Below, one piece after another: positions 34,210-46,400 of a DNA stretch of 64,000 nt. This DNA comes from Fimicolochytrium jonesii. Its lineage: Eukaryota. The first letter of the stretch is position 1. Each line of letters starts with the position of its first letter. The translations under genes and the position numbers were made by a program. The notes under the pieces are model-generated. The model ran no database searches, was not told where the DNA came from, and saw only the letters and a program-made list of their open reading frames with translations. The DNA lies in the NCBI RefSeq assembly GCF_025526975.1, contig NW_026515671.1:806001-870000 (forward strand), written 5' to 3'.

Positions 34210-34718
34210 GTTCGCTTTGCGAGTAACGTTGCCGTGCGGTAATGACGACGTGCCGTTATCTGTTGGAAATGCAGCGAGAGCAGAATGGCGGCGGTTGACG
34301 TTCACACGACAAAGAAAAGTTTGCCTGCGCTAGGGGAGTCACGTGAGGAAGGAGCGGAGACATCTCCCAAGCTGATTGGCTGTCTGTGAGTCACGGCGGT
34401 TGGGATTGACAGCTTCTTGACGGTCGCGTCCTTCTCAGTGTGTTCTCCAGTTCTGCCATAACACATACGAAAGCACATAGATGGATTCATGGACGCAGTA
34501 CAAGACATTAGGGAATGATGGGGCGTCAGGCACACGAAGAAGTTTATTGAAGTTGGAGGACCTCAACGAGCTACAGCAGAAAGGCGAAGACTTGAGTGTT
34601 CGTACATATGGCAGCGGTAGAACATTGTAATTTGATGAACTGTGAGTCTACTCAATGAGATGTCTAAATATCTAATTTACGCCGCATGTCAAGGTCTACC
34701 GGTCTATGCTCTCTAAAT

Positions 34719-37621
34719 TTAGTGAACAAGTTCAAAGCTAGGGGAGGTTACAACCTCGTAGTCAGAGGCCTTGCGGGCGTCTCCGAAGTGCTTGAGGGCG
34801 GAGAAGCGGATTTGGTATTTGCCGTCGGGCAAGGGGTATTCGATGCTGTTGTTGCCGTGCTGGCGAGGGGTGTCGGTAGCGCCCAATGCGGGAGCGGGAG
34901 TGACACGGCCGTTCCAGGGAATGGGGTAGGAAACGTGGTTTCCCTGACCCTCGATCTGGACGTTACGGGGTTGGTTGAACTTGTATGCCGCAACCCTGAT
35001 GGAGTATGGCGTGTTGGCGGCATCGGCCGGCACGGTCGGGACGAGAACTCCGAGGGAAGGGTTCACACCGGGGAGGCTGTCCGCTTTGATCACCTCCGCG
35101 TAGACGACACGAGTGCCTTGACCCAAGACGAGCTTGACGTCAATACCGGCCGTGGCGTTGAGAGTGGCACCCTCCGTGATAGGGCTGTCCTCAGAGTAGA
35201 CACCGGTGACGAGCCCGCTAACGGGGTTCTTCTCGACGATCATCTTGGTCTTGGAGAAGTCTCCAACGAAACCAGCGTATGGGACGGTCAGAGACGGAGA
35301 GCCGTCAGAGGGAGTAGCCTTGATGTAACCTCCGTAGAAGGGCAGGAGCTTCTTGTTGGCGTTCTTGGGGGGAGTGAACTTGACCTTGAATTCAACCGCC
35401 TTGCCACCGGTGAGGGTGATCTTGGAAGGGGTGATTTCGGCGGTAGCGTAATCGGGGGTGTAGTTGATCACCGGGATGGGCATGTCGTTTCCAACCTCAG
35501 CAGAGTTGGCCAAAGCGGCACCGACGTGCTCCAATTTGTAGGTGACAGTGTTCTTACCCAAGTTCTTAAGCTTGAGAGTGTACGACTTTTGCGTACGGAC
35601 GGTGTCGTTCAAGCCAAGAGCAGAAGGGGTGATCATCGACTTGGCAGCGATAGCTTGAGAGACGTTCACGAGGCCGGCGCCCAGGCGAATGGGATTCTCG
35701 TTCAAGGTGGTGTTGTAAATCTTGAGTTTTTGGGCGTTGTTTTGCATCAGCGCTTTGCCTTTCTCAACAGTGAGCTCACCGCGAGCTTCAATGAGGAGAG
35801 CAAGAGTTCCAGCGAAAGTCGGGGCAGCCATGGAAGTTCCGGACTCGTAGGTGTAGGCGTCGGTCAAACCAGCACCGGCAGCGGAGAAAGGGGAAATTGT
35901 GCTGTACACATTTCCACCGATTCCGGCAATGTCAGGCTTGAAGTGAAGCTCAGCATCCGTGCCGTAGGAGGTGAAAGCGGAAGCCGTGTTCCCGGTGGGG
36001 CTGTTCACAAGCGCCTTCTTGTCGGTGAAAGTGAAAACGGCATTGGGGGTGGCCTTCAAAGTTGCCAAAAGGTCAGCAGAAGCCAAGTCATCGAGGGAAG
36101 CGGAGGGAATCAGAGGACTGCCTCCGATTGCGCCGACATTGTAGATGAGGCACCCGACAGCACCTTGCTTGGCAGCGCTGCCGCAAATGGCGCCGGACTT
36201 GCATTGAGCGTTGTACCGAACAAGCAGCACTTTGCCAGTGACGGGGTACGTCTTGGCAGCGCAACCGTCGGTAGGGTCAGCGATGAGGATCTGGGCCGTG
36301 TTGTTGGAACCCTTCCAGGCGCCGTTGCTGGCAGCAGCATAGCCATAAGCCTCGCCCTTGGGGCCGAAGAAGGTGCTAGACACGACACGATTGTTGTCGA
36401 CAGATGCAACGGCGTAGGCGGACTGGGCGAAGGCTGGGTCACCGATGGTTCCAATACCGCCTGCTCCGTCATTACCGGCCGAGACGACAACGTGTACTCC
36501 AGCGCGAGAGACCAGCTCGATGGCACGGGGAGACAGGGATTCGTCGCGGACAACACCGGCTTCACCGACGGAGATGGAGATGACTTGGGCTCCATCCTCG
36601 AAGGCACGGAAGATGGCCTGGGCCATGATATCGTCACCATTGTTTCCGTTGCATCCGAAAATTCTGTAGTGCCCGATGGTGGCACGGGGCGCGACGCCGA
36701 GGAAGGGGAGGAAAGGCTTGAATCCGTCCTTGCTGATGCCGGTGGCATTCGCTGCAATGATGCCGGTGGTGTGAGTACCGTGACTCGAGTCGGAACAGTT
36801 GTCCATCGGGTCATCGTCGGGCACGACGGTAGGGTTCGTATCCGCATCTAGAGCAATAAAACACCATCCGCAAATGATTGTCAATCCTCTAACTCACAGG
36901 TACATATTGATTCTGATTAATAGCTCTCACCGTACGCATCACCCACGAGGTCACGTCCAAAGCTGATTTTGCAGCCCTTGCCGAAACAGCCACCAAGCGC
37001 AGGATGCTTCCAGTACACGCCGGTATCAATGACAGCGACTTTGACTCCCTTGCCGTAGTGACCAGAAGCATGGATTTTGTCAACACCCGTCTGGCTGTGG
37101 CTCGTTACATCTTGGGGAACGCCACCGGCGAGCTTGCTCGTCTTTACGAGCGTCGGACGCTTGTTGATCTTGACAGGGTACACCTTACGAACTCCCTTCA
37201 CCTTCAACAAGTCCTCCAGGTCGGTTTCCTTCTCGAGTTGAACGGAAACACCACTGAAAAGATTGCTCTGGATCTTGGTGTGCTGCAAAAAGGTATGGGA
37301 TTAGCATCATGATCATCGCAGTCTAAGGCTGTTCACAGCAAGTGTCAAACTTACTTCACGAATGTGCTTTCCCGTGTACTTTCCGGGGCTGGCCTTGTTC
37401 AAGGAAGCAGAGAGAGTGGCGACGGGGTCGAGGGTGGCGCCTTCGGCGAGCTCAACAAAGTAGCGACCCTTGATGTACGACGCTCCAGGCGTAGTCTTGG
37501 CGATCTTGGGGTGCTTGACCTTCTGAGCGGGGCCGGGGATGGGATCTTTTCCGGCGGCGGTGGTGGCAGACGCCAAGGAGGCGAGAGCCAGAAGGGAGGC
37601 GAGGCTGGAAGCGATCTTCAT
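34719..37621 (-). CDS. Secreted S8 subtilase with I9 propeptide, PA insert and Fn3-like C-terminal domain
   Basis: Signal peptide, then catalytic triad motifs VAVIDTG, SHGTHTTG and SGTSMAAP, with SAGNDG, KPDIAGIGG and GAGLVN. Confidence 0.96.
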
Positions 37622-37691
37622 CTTGTTGAAACTACGCCGTGTACTTTGAGATCCTTAACACATCCCAGGCGGACGCGAACGGGCACTCTCC

Positions 37692-37699
37692 TTTTTATA
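37692..37699 (-). promoter_or_regulatory. TATA box (TATAAAAA) of the subtilase gene
   Basis: Canonical motif about 70 bp upstream of the ATG at 37621. Confidence 0.6.
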
Positions 37700-39092
37700 T
37701 GATCATGCATTGCACGCCCATACTGCTTCGGTCGCTGGGCTGTAAATGTGATTGAACGCTTTGTGGCACGGTAGGGCTCGTTGTATGCCTGCAATTCACT
37801 ATCGTTCAACACCGATCATCACGATGAGGAAAATTTTCGTATCAGAGTGTCGGACACACCTGATGAACGCCCGTCGAAATTGAGGATGCAGCTCATAGGA
37901 CTACCACTCCCAAGATAACTGGCAGTGGCATGGCAGTCCTGGGATACCTGCCCACCGTCCGAGCGCTCATCAAGTGCCGCGGACAACTGGTGGGCCACTG
38001 GCTATACCCAAAGCCAAATATCTAATCGGGAGCTTGGGCGAACTTCCATCGGCGTTAAAAATACTTCTTGGGATGACCATGCAACTCGGAATGACCATGC
38101 AAATTTGATGGTCGCCGAATTTCCGAAAGTGTGGACCTATTTTCGCGGTGTCAAAATGCTATCATAATATACGGCGCAAACTCCGCTCGAATGATCTGCG
38201 AGACGGCTTTCTACGGTTTGAAAGCCCGGGTGCGACAAGACGCTTGAACAGTCCCCAAGTCTTTGCAGAAGCGAGCGTGTTTTGAGGCATCGTCAACATC
38301 AAAACTGCGCGGCCGTAAGTATCTGAAGAATTGGTTTCATATTTATCGCACGGGCCAGACCTTGGGTAGAGATGGTGGGTGAAAATCAACCATCCAAATA
38401 CTCGGATGCCTCTGGTTATTCCTTCCGTCTGCAGATGATTGTCATTTCATTTCTGAATTACACCCTTAATGTTGCTTAAAGTGATACGGTTGCGCTTTGG
38501 TCGGCAACCTTAAATCCCTGAATATCTCCTGAGGGTGAAGTTCGTCGAGCGCATGTATGACACTGACAGCACCCTGAAACACTCATGCGTACCTTCCCAC
38601 CCTTCTGAGGTTTTCTCTGAAGGTACTGGGTCCATGTGGGAGGATCGGTCGCCTGGTCGTCTATCGATCACCGTGAGGGGTTCTATAGATCGTCAGGTCC
38701 ATCACTTCGCTCGTAATCAGGGCTGCATACCTTTTTCCGCCCTTCTATTGTTCATCCTTTTTATAGGGAACTGTCGAAGCAAAGAAATCCGGTTGCGTCA
38801 AGTTCAGATTTACATCCCAAGTCCTTTCTGCACTATGGATCTGCATGCAAAGCATCTGCATGCACCCCTTTGAATACGTCCTTTACCTACTTCTTATATG
38901 TTGTATTTATCTGCCAGTTTCTACGACCTCCGTGTGTTCCCCAGAAAATCGCACACTCACTCTTAAATACTCATGCGTACATGCCTCTCCCCAGCTTAAT
39001 TCTCATATTTTCATTGCCCAATATACGTACTCGAGATCGACTGCAGAACCATTTATCTCTTACTCAATTTCCTTGACGTATGCTTTGTGACC

Positions 39093-40697
39093 ATGCCCCG
39101 ACGAGTCAGCGGAAGCTCCGACGGGTTTTCTCGCCAGCCCCTGCATGCAAAGCTATTGCGCTTCTTTTCGCAGAATTCATTTCCGAGGCCGACCCTGTTC
39201 AAAGCATCGCCTGCCTTCTCAGCTTCAGCCCCTAATCTTGATCCAGCGAGGGCAGAGTCGGTGGGTCCGCGTGGCATTCTCAGGAAACAAATGAGTAGTT
39301 CATCGAGTGAGGATCCCTCCTCGCCTCCCACAAGCTACGCCGCCGAGACGGACCATGAGACGGACCTTGAGCCATCAACAATGGAAGGTGGGCATCTGAG
39401 GCAGCCGGCTATCAGAGAGGCACCCTGTCTAAGCTGTCGAAATATCCCTTTGTAGCGATGGCTGCGCTGCCTCTGCAGCAGCAGACAAAGGCATTACTGC
39501 GGCAAATCGGGGCGATGGACATGGAACGGAACATGGAACGGACCGAACTGGAGGCGAAACTTCATGAGTGGGAAAGAAAGTACAAGGATGCTGACAGGAA
39601 GCTCAGGGAAATCCAAGGTCCACAAGGGAGACGAGGAAGCAGCTCTTCAACGCAGTCAGATGACGGGCGGTTAGGGGCACTCCAGGCAGAACTAACATTC
39701 CAGGTGCGTTCCCATACGCTTCCTTCTCCCGACAAGGCATCTGCACACGCGCAACTCATTTTCGATCGACCATGTGCGTTAGCAAGCTCAAGGGGTGAGC
39801 AGGCAAGAAGTACTGCACAAGCTGTTGGAGTTGGAAGAGACGCGAACACAGCAGCTACTGCAATGGAACGAAGAACGCAGCGCATTACAGAGCTCAATAA
39901 CCGCCCTGAGTATTCGCAACTTCCAACTGGAAGGCCAGGTAGCGCAGTTCCGCGAATCCGAACTCGATCTACAGGTACGAGTACTCTGATGATCTGCACC
40001 TCGGCCATATGAAGCCGTACATGATCGCTCCGCTGAAGAAAGTTTGGTCTTCCTTGCCATTCACCGTCGCAGCACAACTCATCTGGGTCAGGATCTGCCT
40101 CACCGGACGATAGCGTGCCCCAGACCGATGCGGCGAAGTGGGAGGCCAAAGAGAAGATGTATATGTCGCGTATCGGTTTGCTCCGTCATGAGTTGACGGA
40201 TGAGCGCAACTCAAATCAAGCGCGATTAGCGTCCTTAGAGTCTTTGCGAAGGGAATACGTGCAGATTATCTCTACAATCCAACACGAGCGGCTGGATTTG
40301 TTCAAGCAGATCGAAAATCTCACGCAGTTCAAGGTCCGCAAGGAGAGGGAAGTAGAGTTTCTCCAGATTGAGCGTGACGCCCTGGCTGAAGTCGTCAAGG
40401 AACTGGAGTCGGTGAGTGGAAGCATCAGGAAACCCAGCGCGTTGAGCGCATCTTGACACAGCTTTTATTTTCAAGGCCACCGCTGCGAAAGAGCAAGATG
40501 ACGACGGACGTGTAAATACAAACGAAAATCTTTTGCTTCGGATAAAACTGCAGCGGATGGAGAGGGAACTCAACTCAATGCGGACACAATCTTTGGTGGA
40601 CAAGAGGAGGAACTCGGAGAAGTTGACACTTACGACGGCGTCCAGTTCTTGGTACGGACGGCAAAAGTCGGGCGCAGCAATGGCAGCTCATGCATGA
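39093..40697 (+). CDS. Hypothetical coiled-coil protein (multi-exon)
   Basis: Successive heptad-rich exons (ELEAKLHEWERKYKDADRKL, QEVLHKLLELEETRTQQL, RIGLLRHELTDERNSNQARL, LRIKLQRMERELNSM) separated by GT-AG introns. I do not recognise a family. Confidence 0.7.
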
Positions 40698-40760
40698 TCC
40701 ATTCGGAACTGAATATCACTTGTATTTTTGTCCCAAATTTTACATGTGGTACTCCCAAAA

Positions 40761-42157
40761 CTACTCCACGAGCTCTGGGTAGAACTTCTGTCTAATTTCG
40801 GGGTGCGCCCTTCTCAAAGAAGTCAGTGTTGGAAAGATCTGCCCGGATGGAAAGTAGAGATCATACCTGAGACGACGCAGCAGCTCAGCTTCACCAACGG
40901 TTTCGATGGCTTTCTCCGAGAGACCTGGTTGTTTTCCCGCTAGATCTTTGCTTGACCCTTTCGAGAAGCCACGGAGACCACTGAGGAGTTTCTTGACAGT
41001 CTCAAAACCGCGTCGTCGGCGATCACGTCGTTCGCGCGCTGCAGATATGGCCTCCTCGGACATACTATTCAGATCAACCACACCATCCAGAAGGTCTTTG
41101 AATTTCACATCCGGACTGATCTCCATCCGGAACCTGACTGTCAGTGCCGCCTCTGCCGCGGTTGCCGGCTGAATGACCCGATGAGGCAGCGATAAGACCG
41201 CCTGATGCGTTGCGAACGACAAGGCAGTGCCCGTTTGCACCAGCAAGGCAGACGGTAGTGGGGGAATCTGCAATGTTTGGCCCCTCTCCGATCGGATCTG
41301 CGACTGAAAGTCAGCACGACGGTCGTTAGACGTATCTAACACGGCAACATCTACCTCAATCCCGGGGACATCATTCGCAAAAAGAGTAAAGGAAAGCCAC
41401 GCATCTCTGTATGGCCCTTCTCCAAGTACTGCAGGGTCCTCTCCATGGAAGTAACGAGAAAACTATAAACGAGTTAATCCGCGCTCAAATGCGGTGTATC
41501 AGTAACATAACGTACCTTGATGCGCCCCTGTGCGGCAGCGTTCTGATCGAAAAGACTATCGAAAGATCCGCTGGGGAGGCCCAGAGCTTCCGCGACCAGC
41601 TCATTATACGTGAATGCCAGATCGCGTAAGAACTTCTGGAAGGCCTTTATCGTCTGAGGAAGGTTCGATAGGTCTGGGCCTTGAGCGCCCGCCGAACTAC
41701 TCGATGCCGGGCCACTAGTAGGGTATTGATTGCCTGAAGATCGGATACGTGCGGCAGCAGGACGCTTTGCCTCGTCACTGCCTGGAAGCTCCGACGCAAA
41801 CTCCCATGTTTCGCGGTACTCATTTTCGGCGATGCCCGCCCAGCCGGTGAAACCACTGCTGTTGGAAACGGAGCACCTCTGCTTTTCACTCGGGTCAACC
41901 TTGAACAGGTCCGCCGCTGCTCTCGAGGTTTCATCGAATAAGTCTTCAGGGATGCCGGTGTTTATCAGGTAAAAACTTCCGTGGTAGAGCAGAGCCATGC
42001 GAAGCCAATATAGAAACTCAGGTTTCTTCTCCGCCGATAGCGCATTGCTGTGGTCGAGAAGCAAGAGAGGAAGAGGTGGCATGGAAGGGGCCTCGTATTC
42101 GGGAGGCGGATCGCTCGGAGGGAGGGTTGCAAAAACCGGTGTTTCCTCGGCGCTCAT
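40761..42157 (-). CDS. IPNS/DIOX-like 2OG-Fe(II) oxygenase homolog with a degenerate active site (intron 41515-41463)
   Basis: DIOX_N-like LRMALLYHGSFYLINTGI..RETWEFASE..GNQYP, IPPLPSALLVQTG, PHRV and C-terminal RAHPEIRQKFYPEL. The HxD position reads YRD. Confidence 0.8.
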
Positions 42158-42464
42158 CTTGCGATTTGTTCAAAGGCCGTTCCCAAAAGTCAATGGCTTC
42201 ACCGAAAATGCGAGATTGGCGTTGGGGCAAATCTGGTGTTGTTGCGAGATGTGCGACTTGCGGCGGTCAGCTTCGCAAAGACTCGGCAAAACAGCGGCAA
42301 AATTCCAAACTTGACCTTGGTGATGAGTCGCCGCTGGACGCGTAAAATACTGTACAGTACATACATCTGCTCCGTATATCTCGTATATGCCTCTCGCCGC
42401 CTCGCTATAAATAAGTTCTCAGAGCATCCGATACTTAAACGAATACGCCTCCCTTGCCATCAAA

Positions 42465-43077
42465 TCAGCCAGGTCTTCGTGACCATCCTGCCTCAGCTTC
42501 GCTTCGATGGCCGTTCTTTCCTCTCTCTTCTTCTTTTTCCGATAATTCCCCCCTCAAATCTGTCGATTTGTATGTCCCAGACTTCATCAGGGCACCTTTG
42601 AAGTTCTCGGACACCTCCGTGTCGTGCTTCTCCAGCCAAACTTCATCATACTCTCCAATCAGATCTTGCATAGACTTCTTCGCCTCCTCGCTTCCAGAAG
42701 CAACTCGCCGGATCCGACCATACGGGTGGACGGCGGTGTAGTTCCAAGTGGGCACTGGCGCTGAGGGTCTGTGTAGCTGACCGGGGAGATGTTATGTGTG
42801 GGGGCCTGTGAAGTTTGCGGTTGCACAAATGTGTGCGGAGGGTAAGGGTTGGGGATGGACTAGGCTGGGTATCAGCGCTTTCCGAGTGTTGGCTGACTGC
42901 CAATTCGTTGGAAACACCTTGAATCGTTGGACTATTCTTGAACCCAAAAGGCAGTTGGGAACCGTCTGCCCTGGTAAGAATGCTCAAACGAGTGGTCAGT
43001 ATCCCAAACGAATTGGAGCGAATATGCTCAACAATAAGTATCGGGTCGGCCTTTCGAAAAGCTGGCGGGATCCACAT
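42465..43077 (-). pseudogene. PaiB-family (FMN-binding split barrel) pseudogene
   Basis: The motifs MWIPPAF..IRSNSFGILTT, TLRTHL, ATAN/FTGPHT, ISP, VPTWNYTAVHPYGRI and IQIDRFEG fall in different frames, with a TAA at 42792-42794 and no usable introns. Confidence 0.75.
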
Positions 43078-43489
43078 TACGGGTGTGCACTAGGTCCCAT
43101 TGTGTTTGCTCTGGGGGGTGAAGGTGAGAAGACTTGCCCGACTCTTCAACATTCAAAAAACTCGAGAAAGATTGTCATGAGTCTTGCAATCTTCACCTCA
43201 TTCACGCGTCGGCCCGTCCCCACTGTCCTCGCCTTCCTCGCCCATCTCTGCTCAAGGAAGTCATCTTTTCCTTTTTCCCACGCAACGCTAAACATCACAA
43301 ACTTTTGTCGGCCAGCAGAGTTCTTGTAAACTATCACTGCGAACGCAGCTCTTCTTGAAATACCACCCGGCCGGTCTTCCCTCCGAGTCTCGCTCGCGGT
43401 CCGGCGGTTTTCGTCCTGCAGCACGAGCGTGGGAAAATTCATACTTTTCAAGCAGGCAGACAATCGGAACTGGCACCATCGAAAACACA

Positions 43490-46400
43490 ATGTCTGAAGA
43501 GAGCGCTTCTTTACATGACTTCTCTCCGAGTGAGCATGGAGGTTCAGAGGGTTCTGGCTTCTTGAACATGTTTGGCAAGCCCCGTTCCGCAAGAGGCCAA
43601 TCAACTGCTGGCAGAAAGCTTTCCCGGCTCCCTTTTCAATTCACAGGCGGATGGCGAGCGACCCCGCCCGCGGCGGAAAGCCTGGAAGACCTAAGCGACC
43701 AAGGGGTCACCTCTCCGATGGCCGTCGAAAGTATTTCGGAGCTCAACAGTATACAAGCTTCTGCCGAGCGCGGCCCTACCTCTGAAGAGCCCGCCGGGCA
43801 TTCGCCGAAAATAAACCACGGGAATATGCGCTCGAACCTTACTGAATCGCCGCCCCCGGATTTCAAAACGATGAATCAACGCACCATCCCATCCATGACT
43901 TCTGCTGACCATGCTACGGATGGAAACCCACACCACACGTCCAGAGTGCCAGCCATCGGGATCGGTACCATGGAACTAGCTGTCCGCTCAAGCTCTGACA
44001 CCAGGGGGAAAAGGCCACCGGTGCTTCAAGCTTCCTCGTGGAGAGCCTATGGAGGCCACATGGCGAAAGGTATATTAGATGCCGCATTTTCCTTGTTCAG
44101 GAATTCGTGCTAAAAAGATTGCGCTTTTGCAGACGTGTCTCAAGCCACTCTGGACCGATTCGACCAGTCAACTGTCGAAGACTCATCCTCCTCTTCCATG
44201 GATCGGCCTTGGGAACAAGAAGTTCAGCATCTTCAATCCATCGTCTCGTCCGTCGACGCATCGCGCGAAGACACGAGCGATCAGCAGTTTCGGAGGAGGC
44301 CTAGATTTGACGAGGACGAAGAACATCACCCACAAGGAAAGAGCGGAGCATCCGACATTGTGCCTTGGCAGTCCAAAACCGCATCAATATCTGATCGCAA
44401 TGCCAGAGAGGCACGTTCCATGGATCTTGGCTTTGTCGGGACGGTGGAGGTCGAGAACCAGCTAGCCGTCACAATGATGGATTTGGCGGAACACATTCAG
44501 ATCCAGAACTCATCCAGGCAAAAGAGGCTGGAGGAACTGGTAAGCAACTCAACAGCACCGCAGAAGCCATGACATCTTCTCATAAACATCTTTCTTTCAC
44601 AGAAAGCGGAATTGCAAAGTGCTCAAAGCTGCGTTGTGGAACAAGCAAGTGTGATACAGAATCTCAAAAACAGCAGTCGTGTCGTTGTTCAGGCGGTCGA
44701 CGGCCACCGGGCGAAAGTGAAGTTCAATCAACATCGGTGAGATTCGTCCACGCTTGGATACTCACGGTTTCCGGTATCCTGGCTGACATATTGTGTCGAT
44801 AGCGTCCAGTCCTTGATCGAGTCCTGCAAAGTCTACAAGGTACGTCTGAAATATTCAGATGACGCTTATGTACACCTGCTCACTCACTGGTGTACAGTTG
44901 AGCATCAGAAGTCTTGGCAAGATCATTGAGAGAGTAGGACATGATAAGAAAACCGTGGAGGATCGGTTGGATGTTGGCGAAAAAGGTTTGTTGGACCATT
45001 CTATTGTGTATGGCGACTTGACCTGACGTCCAATGGAAATTAGAAAATGCAAAGCTACAAGTAACTTTGAGCGAGTACAAGAAAGAGCTGGAGACAGCCG
45101 AGAAAGCCTGTGAGTTGACGAACGGTTCTGACATTTTGGCTTCGAAAGACTTACCGCAGATCCGGTTTATCAGTGGCTTTGATGAAAGTCCGCTCAGAAG
45201 CGCAAATGCAGCGATTCGAGGAACGTCTAAAATCTTCAGAACATCAGATTGATGAAGCGAACCGTAGATTGGAGGCGGCCCAGCAGGCGGCAAATGCCAA
45301 AGAAGGTAGCCTTCAGCACGATCTTCAATTATCAAATAGTCTTCGTGAAGAAACCGAGCGAAAGCACACCTCAGAAAAGGGTTAGTGGATGTTTGCGTGG
45401 GCTGTTTCAGGATCTCCCCCTAATACTCAACACCCCCCTCAGAGGAATTGGAAAACAAGCGAATTGAGCTACTGGAAAGCCACGCTCGTCATCGTGAAGA
45501 GTGCTCCTCCGCTTTAGCGAATGCGAAAGCCGAATGCTCAGTTCTCCAAGCGCAAGTCGACAGGCTCGAGTCCCAGTGCCGCATTATCAAGGAAACAAAC
45601 GAAAAGCTAAAGCATGACATCGAAATTGATGAGATGAACAAGAGAACCACCGAGGCGCATCTCAACGACGCTCAAGGGCAACTTTCTGAATTGGTTGCTC
45701 GGCTGGAGGAAGTAGAAAAGGGCCGTCAGCAAATGAAAGAGGAGATGGGAAGAGAAGTAGCTGCACTGAAAAAGGAGCTCGAGGATTCTAAACGACAGTA
45801 AGGTGATTGGTACGACTTGAATGCCGCTTCGGGTAGCTGCTAAATATCGCACAGACGTAGACATGAAGAGGAATCTGCTGGCACGAAGCGACGTCTATTG
45901 GAAGCAGAGAACGAACGTCTTCACGCCGAGTCCGCCGCGATCAAGAAGTTCGGAGACGAGATGGAGGCGCGGTGAGAATAAGCAGATTCCAGTTGTGCGA
46001 AATCTAATGCAGCGGCACTTATATTTGGATTCTCGTCAGCCACTCTGATAATCTCACCGCATTGGAGCAAATTCGGCACTCACAGTTCTCAGAGATTCAA
46101 AGACTCCAGGAGAGCTGCTCGGCCTTGCAACGTGATCTCAACGACGCCCACGAAGAAAGGAAAGCCATGGACACCGAGTATCAGGAACAGATCACAGAAC
46201 TCCGGCATCTGTACGTGCTGATTTACTGTCGTCTCACTGGCCTGGTGTGGTACGAATACTGACTACTCAATGTCCAGAAATGAGGCACAGAAAGCCGAGT
46301 TCGAAGAGCAAATGAGCAAAGAAGTGGCTGAACGCCGAGCCCTTGACGAAAGGATTGCTCATATGCAAAAATGGTATCATGCATATCCGTAAGAGTCGCC

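Noticed and set aside
34686..36851. 721-aa plus-strand ORF antisense to the subtilase
   Set aside because: Shadow ORF produced by the strong codon bias of the sense gene. It has no recognisable motifs.
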